Virus record (IMG/VR): IMGVR_UViG_3300037046_000297
Coordinates: 3,258 to 67,257 of that record
Strand: one strand, 5' to 3'
From: a virus
DNA length: 64,000 nucleotides
Shown here: positions 20,284-30,405 of the stretch, piece after piece
How the letters are laid out: each line of letters opens with the position of its first letter
Numbering within the stretch: the stretch's first letter is position 1
Notes under the pieces: generated by a model
Seen by the model: the letters and a program-made list of their open reading frames with translations, nothing else
Database searches by the model: none
What the model was told of the DNA's origin: nothing
Made by a program: the position numbers and the translations under genes

Positions 20284-20349
20284 TTAGGTGTAATGCCCCA
20301 GAACTCCCACCAGTACTCCCACGCGCATTGTTTGCGCCGCGAACATCCC

Positions 20350-21666
20350 TTAGCGCTCAGCAAGAATATTCATATCCATAACTCGCCAAATTGTTCCATC
20401 TGTTATGCGTAGTGCCATTTCACCTTCAGGTGTTTCGGCGATAATTCTTACCGTTATGCCTTTAGACACTGACGAGCCATTGTCGATGTACTCCACAACA
20501 CCACCGACCAATGTGATTGATGGTGCAGTCTCAATGATCCGTTCGACTCTGAAAGAAGTAAACTGGAGTTTGCTGTAAATGCCCCGTATTTTTGCTGGAA
20601 ATGCCTTTACCTCATGTCCATTCATGTATCGTGAAAGATGGTTTCCCATCTTTCCATAATTTTTCTGTTTCCAAAGAATAAGAAATTCTGCAAGATTGTG
20701 CTCAGGCGTCTCGTTGAATATATTCCTGTCCAAGACTATAGTTTCTTCTTCAGGGGTCCATTCACGTGGAATCCATTCACCCTGGTACTTTTTAACCTTA
20801 TTCAGTTCATCGATGACGTGGAAAACTTCCTTCCATGACTTCTTTGGTTCCTCTGGCTGCTCTTCCAATAAGCCCTGCTCAGCTTTTAGTGCCCACTCGC
20901 GTGCGGCAAAGAGCGCTGCCCACGTTTTGGCTGCTACTATATCATTGTCGTATCCTAAATCCATTCCATGCATGATACCGTTTCGGTATGGGATAGTTAT
21001 TGGATCCGTCGTGGTCGAATATCTTCCGGTGTTAAATATCTTTTTTAGTTCATTGAGTCCTTTGCTATGTCCCGCTATGGAGTCCCACGATTCCAGGTCT
21101 GCTTCTTCAGAAGAAAACCCTCGGCGTAAGCCTTTCTGTTTTCCGTGTATTTCGTTTACCATTCCGTCAAGTAAGGCCAATACAACTGGGACACATGCAT
21201 GATAGCGGCCCTCCTCATAATCAATTAGCGCTTTGTTAGCAAGCTCCATTCGTGAGTGAAAAGCCCTCACACCATACATAGACAGGAGTCTCCATTTGAC
21301 TTGCTTTGGCGTATAGTAATCGGCTAATTCTTGCTCTGCTACCGCAATACTTTCATTCTCTGCCAATGATATTGCCCTCTCAGCCACATCGAGGTTCATC
21401 ATCTCGTACATGATCCATCCCAAAGGCGCAAAAATATCATTGAACTTATCAGGTATGGTGGCGAGCCTATTTAATTGATCTTTCATTGAATCAAATTTTT
21501 CAAAGGCGTCGTCCATCTTCAATGTATCAACTTTCAGTAGCTTTAGAAAGGGACGCATAAACGGCATTGCTTTTCTTAAGGCTGTGAAGTTGTCCTGATC
21601 TTTCAAAAGCTTCTTTATGCTTCGGATATCTTGAATTTTTTCTTCATCCATTTTGTCAGCGTCCAC
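20350..21666 (-). CDS. Cassette-borne protein with HEPN-type R-x4-H motif
   Basis: YHACVPVVLALLDG and RNGIMHG. Confidence 0.65.
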   Translation of the reverse strand: MDADKMDEEKIQDIRSIKKLLKDQDNFTALRKAMPFMRPFLKLLKVDTLKMDDAFEKFDSMKDQLNRLATIPDKFNDIFAPLGWIMYEMMNLDVAERAISLAENESIAVAEQELADYYTPKQVKWRLLSMYGVRAFHSRMELANKALIDYEEGRYHACVPVVLALLDGMVNEIHGKQKGLRRGFSSEEADLESWDSIAGHSKGLNELKKIFNTGRYSTTTDPITIPYRNGIMHGMDLGYDNDIVAAKTWAALFAAREWALKAEQGLLEEQPEEPKKSWKEVFHVIDELNKVKKYQGEWIPREWTPEEETIVLDRNIFNETPEHNLAEFLILWKQKNYGKMGNHLSRYMNGHEVKAFPAKIRGIYSKLQFTSFRVERIIETAPSITLVGGVVEYIDNGSSVSKGITVRIIAETPEGEMALRITDGTIWRVMDMNILAER

Positions 21667-21700
21667 ACCTCATAATTTGGTGTTACTTTTGCGACCAACG

Positions 21701-22990
21701 TTAATCAAATGCTGCAAAGATGGACTCCAGAATGACCCGCAAGCCTGACCAATCGGCTTGATCAAAAGCATTGGCGTCGCGCCTAGATCGCTCAAGCTTT
21801 TGTCGAAAGGCCGCATGGATGTCATTTTTTTTCCTCACCTCGCCTTGGTATCTGTCAATCGCGTTGATATACCCCTTCCACTGCACCGGTATCAGAGTTC
21901 CTTTTTCGAGCAGTACGTCGCGGCCAAGATACAGCTCAATACTCGCTGCTGATCCGTTGACGTCTATGTCAGCTTGGCCAGATGGCCCAATCGTTGGGTA
22001 TTGTCTCAGTAGATCAATTGGAGGGTAAGTGAGTACCGCAATGTTTTTTGGAAGCGAAAGGCGGTCAAGCGTGCGAATTGCGTCGGCGGCAGCCGCATCG
22101 TTGTCGAATATGGCAATGATGCGATCCGAAAAGCCCGCGGCTGCAAATGCCTTGACCATCAGCGCCAAAGAACCAGCTCCGCCTTGTGGGCGCATACCAT
22201 CGAAATCAAGGAACGAGTAATAGCCGATAAGATGCGGGTAGAGTAGATGTAAGGATTTTTCCAAAAACTCCCGATCTGTGGAGCCCTCTGTCAAAATGAT
22301 TCGGGATGCACTTTCAGGATGATCTTGACTGAGTGACAAAACTGCCTCTGAGCATATCTTTTGGTCACGAGAGTAGTAGCCACCTTCAACGAGGTCGGTT
22401 ACGTCTTGAACCACACTCGCTTGAGGGTCTACAAGTTCACAAGCTATGCGAATGAGCGATCGGATGTCACTGCACAGGAAGCCGAGCCAGTATTCTTCTG
22501 AGTCGCTGAGGATATACTTGACCACCGAGTCGTGATTAGGGTCATCGCGATCGTCGAACGGGAGCGGTTGCAGTCCATTTGTAATGACGCGTCTCAGCGC
22601 ATCTGAGTATGCTTCAAAGTCGAGCTGGGACAAGAAGTCGACTTCCTCTCCCCACGCGCCATCATCTGATTCCGCCCCCCATTCGTCGTATTTTTCGATC
22701 TCTTTGTGCCGTATGGATTCAAATTCCCTGCGAACACGCTCAAGCGTGATGCCCATTATGGATAGTCGATCGAGTGCCTGCGTCACGGAACAAGAGTAGA
22801 GTATTGCTGTCTCGGTTTCGTCTTTGGCAATTTCACCCTCACTCCAAATGAGAGAATTGCGTTCGGAAACAAACCGCCTGCGGACAACTCGGTCACTCTC
22901 ACGAAATATTGACATAGCTTTAGGGTCGACTTTGCTCTTTGTTGTCCAAAGCGGGTATCCAGCTACTTCCAAGTGGGTATAAGTGCCCAT
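21701..22990 (-). CDS. HEPN/Toprim-associated N-terminal domain plus Toprim nuclease-like domain
   Basis: MGTYTHLEVAGYPL N-terminus; IILTEGSTD and IFDNDAA Toprim motifs; ASIELYLG. Confidence 0.75.
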   Translation of the reverse strand: MGTYTHLEVAGYPLWTTKSKVDPKAMSIFRESDRVVRRRFVSERNSLIWSEGEIAKDETETAILYSCSVTQALDRLSIMGITLERVRREFESIRHKEIEKYDEWGAESDDGAWGEEVDFLSQLDFEAYSDALRRVITNGLQPLPFDDRDDPNHDSVVKYILSDSEEYWLGFLCSDIRSLIRIACELVDPQASVVQDVTDLVEGGYYSRDQKICSEAVLSLSQDHPESASRIILTEGSTDREFLEKSLHLLYPHLIGYYSFLDFDGMRPQGGAGSLALMVKAFAAAGFSDRIIAIFDNDAAAADAIRTLDRLSLPKNIAVLTYPPIDLLRQYPTIGPSGQADIDVNGSAASIELYLGRDVLLEKGTLIPVQWKGYINAIDRYQGEVRKKNDIHAAFRQKLERSRRDANAFDQADWSGLRVILESIFAAFD

Positions 22991-23010
22991 AATACTATCC
23001 TATCTCTGCC

Positions 23011-23082
23011 GCCCAACTGCTGGCATCTGCAGTTGCCGGAAGCCGAAGACTGTAGGCAATCTGAACCATGCCGTGGTTCGGT
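23011..23082 (-). other. attC site
   Basis: Minus strand ACCGAAC...GTTGGGC starting 4 bp after the stop codon; stems GGCAT/ATGCC and TTGCC/GGCAA; R'' matches the core at 23714-23720. Confidence 0.8.
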
Positions 23083-23085
23083 GGC

Positions 23086-23700
23086 CTACTTGCACAAGGC
23101 CGGATCTGGCGAGAAATATGAACTACCTATGGTTTTTGATTTCCAGCCTTTTCCCTCCGCCTCAAGAACGTGGAACAAGGCATCTACATACAGCAGGGGG
23201 ACACCGAGGGTTTCCGCAATAGGTTGCCCCTGAACGCCCTTTCCATCACTTTTGATCGCTTCCCACACAGCATGCCGTAGCTTGGCGGTCGCGATGTCGC
23301 CCTTCACGGCGTTATACACCGCCATGATGAATAGCGGCTCACTGAGGCGTACGCTGATCCACCTATTACCGATTGCGTGCTGGACCTGGACGTGGCTCTG
23401 CTTCTCCCAGAGGCTGAGTACTTCGAGGAACTCCCTCAACTCATCGTCAACAGGCCAGCGACGTTCTCCGGTTTCCTCTATTCGTTTGTAGAAGACTGCG
23501 AGCAACTCCGGGGCCCTTGGGTGACAAGCCATGATCGGATTGCGCAGGCCTGAGACCTGTTCCCTTAGCTCTTCTATGGCTTCATTCTGGGCATCGGAGT
23601 CCATTTCCGCCCACCACTGCGACAGCGAAGCCGCGACTGGGACCGATGCAGCCACCGAACGGAGACCCTTCTTGAAAATAGACTCGGGATCCTTCTTCAT
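23086..23700 (-). CDS. First cassette gene, hypothetical (C-terminal winged-HTH-like)
   Basis: GGAG RBS just after the GTT core; bounded by the attI-like core and attC. Confidence 0.65.
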   Translation of the reverse strand: MKKDPESIFKKGLRSVAASVPVAASLSQWWAEMDSDAQNEAIEELREQVSGLRNPIMACHPRAPELLAVFYKRIEETGERRWPVDDELREFLEVLSLWEKQSHVQVQHAIGNRWISVRLSEPLFIMAVYNAVKGDIATAKLRHAVWEAIKSDGKGVQGQPIAETLGVPLLYVDALFHVLEAEGKGWKSKTIGSSYFSPDPALCK

Positions 23701-23713
23701 TCGTTATCTCCAC

Positions 23714-23880
23714 ACCGAACAATAATTATATTGATCCTCATAACATGCGGATTTCTTGATTCCTGTCCGCATATCACGCCGTGAGATTTCTTGCCGAAGA
23801 CATGTTAACAAAAACGCATTCAATTGGTTACTGCCAGATTAGCAGTTTATCACGACATCTTATGCGGATCGGTATAACAT
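23714..23880 (-). promoter_or_regulatory. attI-like site and cassette promoter region
   Basis: Minus strand AATATAATTATT-GTTCGGT core, preceded by repeated CCGCAT/ATGCGG boxes. Confidence 0.55.
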
Positions 23881-23897
23881 GGCGTCCATTTATCGTT

Positions 23898-23933
23898 TCA
23901 AAATCCGTCCACTGGACTGCGAACGCCCTCCTT
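23898..23933 (-). pseudogene. intI: Remnant C-terminus of an integron integrase
   Basis: Minus strand reads KEGVRSPVDGF-stop, resembling the GVRSPxD end of IntI, immediately upstream of the attI-like site; rest of the gene absent. Confidence 0.55.
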
Positions 23934-24468
23934 TGCCTTCCCCTTCCGTCTGCTTGAAGGTGTGCCCAGCCGTTTCATGGGAGACCACAAACATTGGACA
24001 AAAGGATGAATGACCGAAAGCACTTTGTTTTCTGTCCGCATAAATACCAGCTCATAACTGTTTTCTTTGAAATAACAGGAGGATAATGGCTTGTATGTCC
24101 ATATCAGTCAATTGCCATTTTGTTACGTACAGCTTGCAATAATCATAAGTAGGGTAATCTTTCACGATACGAATGGTATCATTCAGTTTCCTGCCCCCCC
24201 GGCCGTAACAATTTACAATCTGTAATCCTCAGAAGTCTTTCACCTAAAAACACCCCTGCAATTTTTTGCTTCCATTACTACCATAAGCCGTTATTCCAAC
24301 ATTTATCTAAGATTACCCTATGATAAAGCGGCCATGCCTGTCAAACGAATTGACACAACGCGAATAGGCGACTCTGGACACAGTAACTCAACCGCTCTGG
24401 AGGTGCCCTATGGGAAAAGTCCACTGCTATTTAATCGTGTCCGTTCGGCAGGAGTGCACAAATTTTAA

Positions 24469-24492
24469 GCGAATATTGCGAATACTGCGAAC
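24469..24492 (+). promoter_or_regulatory. Three 9-bp-period direct repeats upstream of the head operon
   Basis: GCGAATATT GCGAATACT GCGAAC. Confidence 0.4.
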
Positions 24493-24544
24493 GGTGTCCG
24501 CTGTCCCATTTGCCTTCCTGAAAAAACCCTGCATTAATATTGCC

Positions 24545-24778
24545 ATGGCACAGACCCTATCAGAATTGAGCGCATTACTGACGACTGTTGACGAAGCCAT
24601 TGCAAAGTTGATGTCAGGAGAACGCGTCATCCGCATTTCTCACGGCGACCGTATGGCTGAATACGGTCAAGCCAAGCTCGGGGACTTGCAGGACTACAAG
24701 TCCAGTCTCATCGCGGAGATAAACGCATTGAACAGCAGACCCCGGCACTTCCGAATATCTACGAGCAAGGGGGTTTAA
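24545..24778 (+). CDS. gpW-like head-tail joining protein
   Basis: LMSGERVIRISHGDRMAEY pattern, 77 aa, stop overlaps the portal start. Confidence 0.8.
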   Translation: MAQTLSELSALLTTVDEAIAKLMSGERVIRISHGDRMAEYGQAKLGDLQDYKSSLIAEINALNSRPRHFRISTSKGV

Positions 24779-26265
24779 TGGCCTATCTGAAGATATTGGA
24801 TGCCTCGGGCCGCAAGATTCGCGCCTATACCGCTTTTGAGGGTGCGGGGAATGGCCGTCGTCTGTCGAACTGGGGCACATCTACGTCGGGGCCGAACAGC
24901 ACCCTATACTCATCCCTCGGCAATCTCCGTTCGCGGTCCCGTGAGTTATCACGCAATGACCCTCAGATATGCGGAGCACTGGATTGTCTGGTGTCCAATA
25001 TTGTCGGGATGGGTATTTCCCCCCGCTGGCAGCTTGCCGACTCCAAACTAAAAAAGAGGTTGCAGCAACTCTGGTCGGACTGGACGCAGGAAGCAGACGC
25101 GGATGGGCTGCTTGATTTTTACGGACTCCAGGCCCTTGCCGCGCGGGCGATTATTGAATCCGGAGAGGTTTTCATCCGGTTCTGCCCGAAGCGGCCGGGA
25201 AACAGGCTTATGGTGCCACTGCAATTACAGATACTGGAAGCCGATCACCTGGACCAAAATTACAATACGATTGCCCCCAACGGCAATGAAATCCGCATGG
25301 GCATCGAGTTTGATAAAACAGGTCAACGCAAGGCGTACTGGATGTACCGGGAGCACCCTGGCGAGTACTTCATGACCACAGCGAATCAGTTTGATCGGGT
25401 TCGGATACCGGCCTCTGAGATACTTCACGCATTCCAGCCGCTTCGCCCCGGACAGCAGCGGGGGCGGCCGTGGCTCGCATCCCTGATTCTGACCATGCAC
25501 GAGCTGAACCAATTCAATGACGCCGAGCTGGTGCGCAAAAAAACGGCGGCTATGTTCGGGGGGTTTATCACGCAGCCTTCCGAAGAGGGGAACATGCCCC
25601 CACTCTTTGGAAACGAGGGGGAAGCCGATGTTACCGGTTCCCCCGTTATCCAGATGGAGCCAGGCACGTTTCCATCGCTTCCGCCCGGATACAACGTCAC
25701 GTTTTCGGAACCGGCCGATGTCGGGGGCAATTATGGCTCTTTTGTCAAGCATCAGGAGCAGCGGGCAGCACGCGGGATTGGCGGGCTGACTTATGAAAAG
25801 TTTACAGGGGACCTGTCCGGGGTGACGTATTCCTCTATCCGGGCAGGCAATCTCGAATTTCAACGGCAATGCAAGCAGTTTATCTTCAATGTCATGGCAT
25901 ATCAGATATGCCGGCCGGTTGCCAGGTACTGGCTTTCCCAGGTTGAGCTGTCAAATGCCATGCGGCTGCCGGGTTACGCAAAAGACCCGAAATCTTATAC
26001 GCGGATCAAATGGACGATTGACGGCTGGCCGTGGGTTGACCCGCTGAAAGACTTGAAGGCGTCCACCGGACTTGTCCGCTCCGGGTTTTCTTCCCGGACA
26101 CAAGAAGTGGCTGAGCGGGGATTGGACGTTGAAGCGCTTGAGGAAGAAATTCATGCGGATAATGAGCGGGCGGATGCGGCCGGACTTGTGTTTGATTCGG
26201 ACGCACGGAAACCGATGGGAGAAACAGGAGGAAATCCCAGTGGAAATACCGACCAGACTGTTTAA
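24778..26265 (+). CDS. Portal protein, lambda family
   Basis: LRSRSRELSRND, RPGQQRGRP, GDLSGVTYSSIRAG, WVDPLKD. Confidence 0.95.
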   Translation: MAYLKILDASGRKIRAYTAFEGAGNGRRLSNWGTSTSGPNSTLYSSLGNLRSRSRELSRNDPQICGALDCLVSNIVGMGISPRWQLADSKLKKRLQQLWSDWTQEADADGLLDFYGLQALAARAIIESGEVFIRFCPKRPGNRLMVPLQLQILEADHLDQNYNTIAPNGNEIRMGIEFDKTGQRKAYWMYREHPGEYFMTTANQFDRVRIPASEILHAFQPLRPGQQRGRPWLASLILTMHELNQFNDAELVRKKTAAMFGGFITQPSEEGNMPPLFGNEGEADVTGSPVIQMEPGTFPSLPPGYNVTFSEPADVGGNYGSFVKHQEQRAARGIGGLTYEKFTGDLSGVTYSSIRAGNLEFQRQCKQFIFNVMAYQICRPVARYWLSQVELSNAMRLPGYAKDPKSYTRIKWTIDGWPWVDPLKDLKASTGLVRSGFSSRTQEVAERGLDVEALEEEIHADNERADAAGLVFDSDARKPMGETGGNPSGNTDQTV

Positions 26266-27535
26266 CGCGGCGTTGATGGTGGCCCCGCAAGCAGTTGATG
26301 AAATACTTTCTGCAAAAGCGGTGGGTATCAAGTCAACGGACGTGCCCTTCCTAAGCAAGGACGTCGCATTGCCCAGTAAGGACCCTGCTGACTGCAAGAG
26401 CGCCTACAAATTACAAACATTCGCCTTTTCGGGAAATGAAATTGTGTTTGCGGATGCGGGTTACGCGATCATTGACGGCGTTGCCCTGATCGAGATTTCG
26501 GGCGGGCTGACTTATCGCGCATACAGTTGGTGGACCACGTCATATCTGGATATCCGCGATAGTTTCCGGGCAGCGATGGCCGATGAACGTGCTGAAAGCA
26601 TTTTGTTTCTCATCGATTCTCCGGGTGGCGAAGTCGCGGGCCTTTTTGATCTGGTGGATGAAATCTACCACGCAAGGGGAACCAAACCTATCATTGCCAT
26701 TGCTGATGAAGCGGCTTTTTCTGCTGCTTACGCGATTGCTTCAGCGGCGGATGAAGTTTATCTGCCGACAACCGCGCAGGTCGGCTCGATCGGGGTTATC
26801 GCCATCCATGTTGACCAAAGCGGCTTCGATAAGAACCTGGGACTTCGATATACCGCCATTTATGCCGGTGATCGTAAAAATGATTTCAACCCCCATGAAC
26901 CGCTGAAAGCAGATGGCAGGGAAGTTCTACAAGCCCACGTCGATAAGCTTTACGACATGCTCACTGCTGTCGTAGCGCGAAACAGAAGCTTGACACAGGC
27001 GGCGGTGATTGCCACACAGGCGGGCTTTTATATGGGCGTTGCCGCTGTAGGAGCCGGACTGGCAGACGGCGTACTGTCAGCAAGGGATGTCATGACAAAA
27101 ATGAGTTCAAGCAAAGGAGATATGGTTATGAATTTGAACGAAGTGAAGGATTTCATCACCCAGGCATTGGCGGAAAGCTTTTTAGAAGTGAAAACGATGC
27201 TCGCTGAGCAAGGCCAAGCCCTGGAAGGGATCGAGGCGCGCTTGATAAAAGAGTTGCTTCCAGCGACTGAACCGCCTGACCCCGGCCCTGCAGCCACGAC
27301 TGCCGGAGAAATTGTGGAAATGTGCCACGTTGCGGGAATGCCGGAACTCGCAGGCGCCATGATCCGTGACGGGCTGACGCTCGATGAGGCAAAAAGCGCT
27401 ATTCTGGACGCCAGGGCCAAGGCTGCGGAAAAAGCGCCTATCATATCCACTGTCGGGCCACTGGCCACTGGTGAAGGCAATCCGCTTCTGGCTGATGCAA
27501 AAAAGCGAGCTGAAGAAGTTTCAAAAAACAAATAA
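26240..27535 (+). CDS. S49 family prohead protease / scaffold (gpC-like)
   Basis: IDSPGGEV, AFSAAYAIAS, VGSIGV; AGGAGG RBS before GTG at 26240. Confidence 0.9.
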   Translation: MEIPTRLFNAALMVAPQAVDEILSAKAVGIKSTDVPFLSKDVALPSKDPADCKSAYKLQTFAFSGNEIVFADAGYAIIDGVALIEISGGLTYRAYSWWTTSYLDIRDSFRAAMADERAESILFLIDSPGGEVAGLFDLVDEIYHARGTKPIIAIADEAAFSAAYAIASAADEVYLPTTAQVGSIGVIAIHVDQSGFDKNLGLRYTAIYAGDRKNDFNPHEPLKADGREVLQAHVDKLYDMLTAVVARNRSLTQAAVIATQAGFYMGVAAVGAGLADGVLSARDVMTKMSSSKGDMVMNLNEVKDFITQALAESFLEVKTMLAEQGQALEGIEARLIKELLPATEPPDPGPAATTAGEIVEMCHVAGMPELAGAMIRDGLTLDEAKSAILDARAKAAEKAPIISTVGPLATGEGNPLLADAKKRAEEVSKNK

Positions 27536-27562
27536 ACGACTTGGACGATAAGGAGAACGAAC

Positions 27563-28225
27563 ATGCCGACTGTATTGACTGAAGGGAATTACCTTAACGA
27601 TCTGCTCAAGTGGGAAATGGAAAACAAACACTCCCGCGAGCAGGTCACTGTATTGGCCGGACAGGACCTTGTGATGGGGTCTGTTATCGGAAAGATTAAA
27701 ACCGGGGCTGTGCCCGCTACCGGAACTGCCGGAACCAACACCGGTAACGGCACCTGCATTTCCGTGTCCGGCGGAGCCAGAATTAAAGCCGGCGTTTATA
27801 CCCTGCGATGCGTCGGGGTGGCTGCCAACGGGGGGATTTTTTCGGTACGAGATCCGGATGGTGAAGCGCTGCCGGACGCCATTATGGGCGCCTACTCCAA
27901 CCCGGCGATCAATTTCACCCTTACCGATGGCGCCACGGACTTTGCCCTCGGGGATTCTTTCACCATTACGGTACCGGCCGGATCCGGGAAAGTCCGCGAG
28001 CTTAATCTTACCGGGACTGATGGGTCTGAAGATGCCTACGGTATCATGATTGCCGGAGTTGATACAACGACTCCCAGTGCCGACAAAGAGGCTGTTGCAA
28101 TTGTCCGGGACGCCCAGATCGTTGCCGATTATCTGACCTGGCCGGCTGGCGCAACGGAAGACCAGAAGGCTGCCGCACTGGCCCAGTTGGCGGAAGCGGG
28201 GATTGTCAACAGAACGGATGTTTAA
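27563..28225 (+). CDS. Head decoration protein
   Basis: SREQVTVLAG, GSVIGK, DGSEDAYGI; position before the capsid gene. Confidence 0.85.
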   Translation: MPTVLTEGNYLNDLLKWEMENKHSREQVTVLAGQDLVMGSVIGKIKTGAVPATGTAGTNTGNGTCISVSGGARIKAGVYTLRCVGVAANGGIFSVRDPDGEALPDAIMGAYSNPAINFTLTDGATDFALGDSFTITVPAGSGKVRELNLTGTDGSEDAYGIMIAGVDTTTPSADKEAVAIVRDAQIVADYLTWPAGATEDQKAAALAQLAEAGIVNRTDV

Positions 28226-28389
28226 CGACACAGGAGCAAAGGGGCAGAGGCACAAAGGCACAAAGTTTTTTATGTTTATGCTGGGAATGGAGTTTTAGGT
28301 GTCAGGGGGAATGTGTCAATTTTCATTGCCGGGTGTGAAGTTCTGCAACATTTCATGAACATATACCAGAAAAAATAAGGAGTACGAAT

Positions 28390-29397
28390 ATGTTACTGAA
28401 TCCTTTTGATACAGATGCCTTCAACATGGTTTCGCTGACGCAGGCAATCAATATCCTTCCGAACAATTACGGCAGGCTCAGAGAACTGGACCTTTTCCCC
28501 GACAAGGGGATTACGACCCGCGTGGCGCTGGTAGAGGAACTGAACGGGGTGCTTAACCTGCTGTCAACGCAGCCTGTCGGTGCACCCGAACAGCAGAACC
28601 GGATGGGTAAAAGAAAAGTTCGGGCGTTCAGCGTCCCCCATATCCCCTTGAGCGATGTGATCCTGGCTTCCGAATTTGAAGCTGTCCGTGAGTTCGGCAC
28701 GGAGAACCAGGCACAGACATTGGCCGGTGTCATCAACAGCCACATGCAATCGGCCAAAAACAAGTACGCGATTACCCTGGAACACTTGCGGATGGGGGCG
28801 ATGAAAGGGATCATTCTGGATGCGGACGGGTCCCTTCTGTACAACCTGTATACGGAATTCGGGATCACACAGAATTTCGTTGATTTTGACTTATCAACGC
28901 CCACAACCGATGTCCGGGCCAAATGCATGGAAGTTCTTCGTCTTATTGAAGACAACCTGCTCGGTGAAGTCATGACCCAGCCGCGAGCGCTTGTTTCCGC
29001 AGACTTTTTTGATGCGCTGACCGGGCATGCGAACGTCAAGGCCACTTTCGACAACACTGCCCTGGCCGTACAAATCATTGGCGGAGACATTCGAAAGGGG
29101 TTTTCCTATGGCGGGATTATTTTTGAAGAATACCGCGGCACTGCCACGGATGCCACAGGAGCCACCCGAAAATTCATAAACGACGGTGAAGGGCATTGTT
29201 TCCCCCAGGGAACAATGGACACCTTTAAAACCATTTATGCGCCGGCCGATTTTCTGGAAACCGTAAATACCATCGGGATACCGCTTTACGCCAAACAGGA
29301 TGTCCGGCAGTACAATCGCGGCCTCAATTTACACATGCAGTCCAACCCGCTGCCGATGTGTTTCAGGCCGGGAGTGCTGGTAAAACTGGTGGCCTAA
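28390..29397 (+). CDS. Major capsid protein (lambda gpE family)
   Basis: FNMVSLTQAIN, TLEHLRMGAMKG, QSNPLPMCFRP. Confidence 0.93.
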   Translation: MLLNPFDTDAFNMVSLTQAINILPNNYGRLRELDLFPDKGITTRVALVEELNGVLNLLSTQPVGAPEQQNRMGKRKVRAFSVPHIPLSDVILASEFEAVREFGTENQAQTLAGVINSHMQSAKNKYAITLEHLRMGAMKGIILDADGSLLYNLYTEFGITQNFVDFDLSTPTTDVRAKCMEVLRLIEDNLLGEVMTQPRALVSADFFDALTGHANVKATFDNTALAVQIIGGDIRKGFSYGGIIFEEYRGTATDATGATRKFINDGEGHCFPQGTMDTFKTIYAPADFLETVNTIGIPLYAKQDVRQYNRGLNLHMQSNPLPMCFRPGVLVKLVA

Positions 29398-29465
29398 AAG
29401 ATAATTATGAATGAAGAATGAAAAAAGAATTAGTCAATGTTCATCCTTCATCATTGGTTTTAACG

Positions 29466-29786
29466 ATGACTGACTTCGACATACTACAAAACAGACTCTG
29501 GGCTGATGTGCTCGCCAAACTCGGTGGAGTAGATGCCGTATTTACCCCTTTGATTGGTGAGCCCATCGAGCCTTTCAAGGTCATGCTTACCGAATCGATG
29601 CAGTTACAGCCCGGCGGCATATCTCAAACCTGGGTTCAGGCAATCAATATTGAGTATTCACTCAATGACCTGTCCAGAGAAGCGATGGTTGGCGAGACTT
29701 TCAGGATCGATGATACCGACTACCGCGTCAATGCTGTCACAGAAAACGACGGATATGTCGTAAAGGTGGTGGTCAATGAACAGTAG
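29466..29786 (+). CDS. Head-tail joining protein (FII-like)
   Basis: Size, position, GETFRIDDTDYRV. Confidence 0.6.
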   Translation: MTDFDILQNRLWADVLAKLGGVDAVFTPLIGEPIEPFKVMLTESMQLQPGGISQTWVQAINIEYSLNDLSREAMVGETFRIDDTDYRVNAVTENDGYVVKVVVNEQ

Positions 29787-30405
29787 CATTTCCGTGACAA
29801 TCGAGCCCGTATCTTTCGATGATGCGCTGGCGACAATGCGGATATTAAAATCGATCCTTCCCACGAATGCCGTAACCACAATCACGAAATGCGCCGAGCA
29901 GACAAAAGATCAAGTCGTTTATGAGACCGTAAAAGTTTTGAACATTGATGACGAGCGCGTGAGTTCAGAAATCAAGGTTGAGCACCATTCACAAGCTGCT
30001 CTCAAAGATTTTAAGGCAGCGGTCATTTCAAAAGGCAAACCCATTGAACTGAGCGCTTTTTCCGAAGATGCCGCGTCCTGGAGCTGGAAAAAACCCACGC
30101 CGGTACATGCAAAGATTTACAGACAGGGTGTAACCCATGAATTCAGGCACGTCTTTGTTTCAAAGGGGCGAATTTTCAGCCGCAAGAATAACCAAGGCGG
30201 CGGAGCCCCCGGAGAGGTTTACGCCTGGATGAAGTATGTCGCAAAAGCACAGGATTACAGATACCCGATAGAGCGCCTGCAAACCGTGCGGGTGCAGGAT
30301 ATCCAGGATAAGCCGCAACTGATTGATCCGGTAACGGACGCCGGCGCCGAAGACATCGTAACGGATTACAAAAAAGCGGTAGAAGAGGTTTTTGCAAATG
30401 TCTGA
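29776..30405 (+). CDS. Neck / minor tail protein (Z-like)
   Basis: Position; RYPIERL motif. Confidence 0.6.
   Translation: MNSSISVTIEPVSFDDALATMRILKSILPTNAVTTITKCAEQTKDQVVYETVKVLNIDDERVSSEIKVEHHSQAALKDFKAAVISKGKPIELSAFSEDAASWSWKKPTPVHAKIYRQGVTHEFRHVFVSKGRIFSRKNNQGGGAPGEVYAWMKYVAKAQDYRYPIERLQTVRVQDIQDKPQLIDPVTDAGAEDIVTDYKKAVEEVFANV

Noticed and set aside
24335-24460. Remnant of IS3-like ends (GACAC...GTGTCC)
   Set aside because: The inverted repeat is too weak and there is no transposase fragment or target duplication
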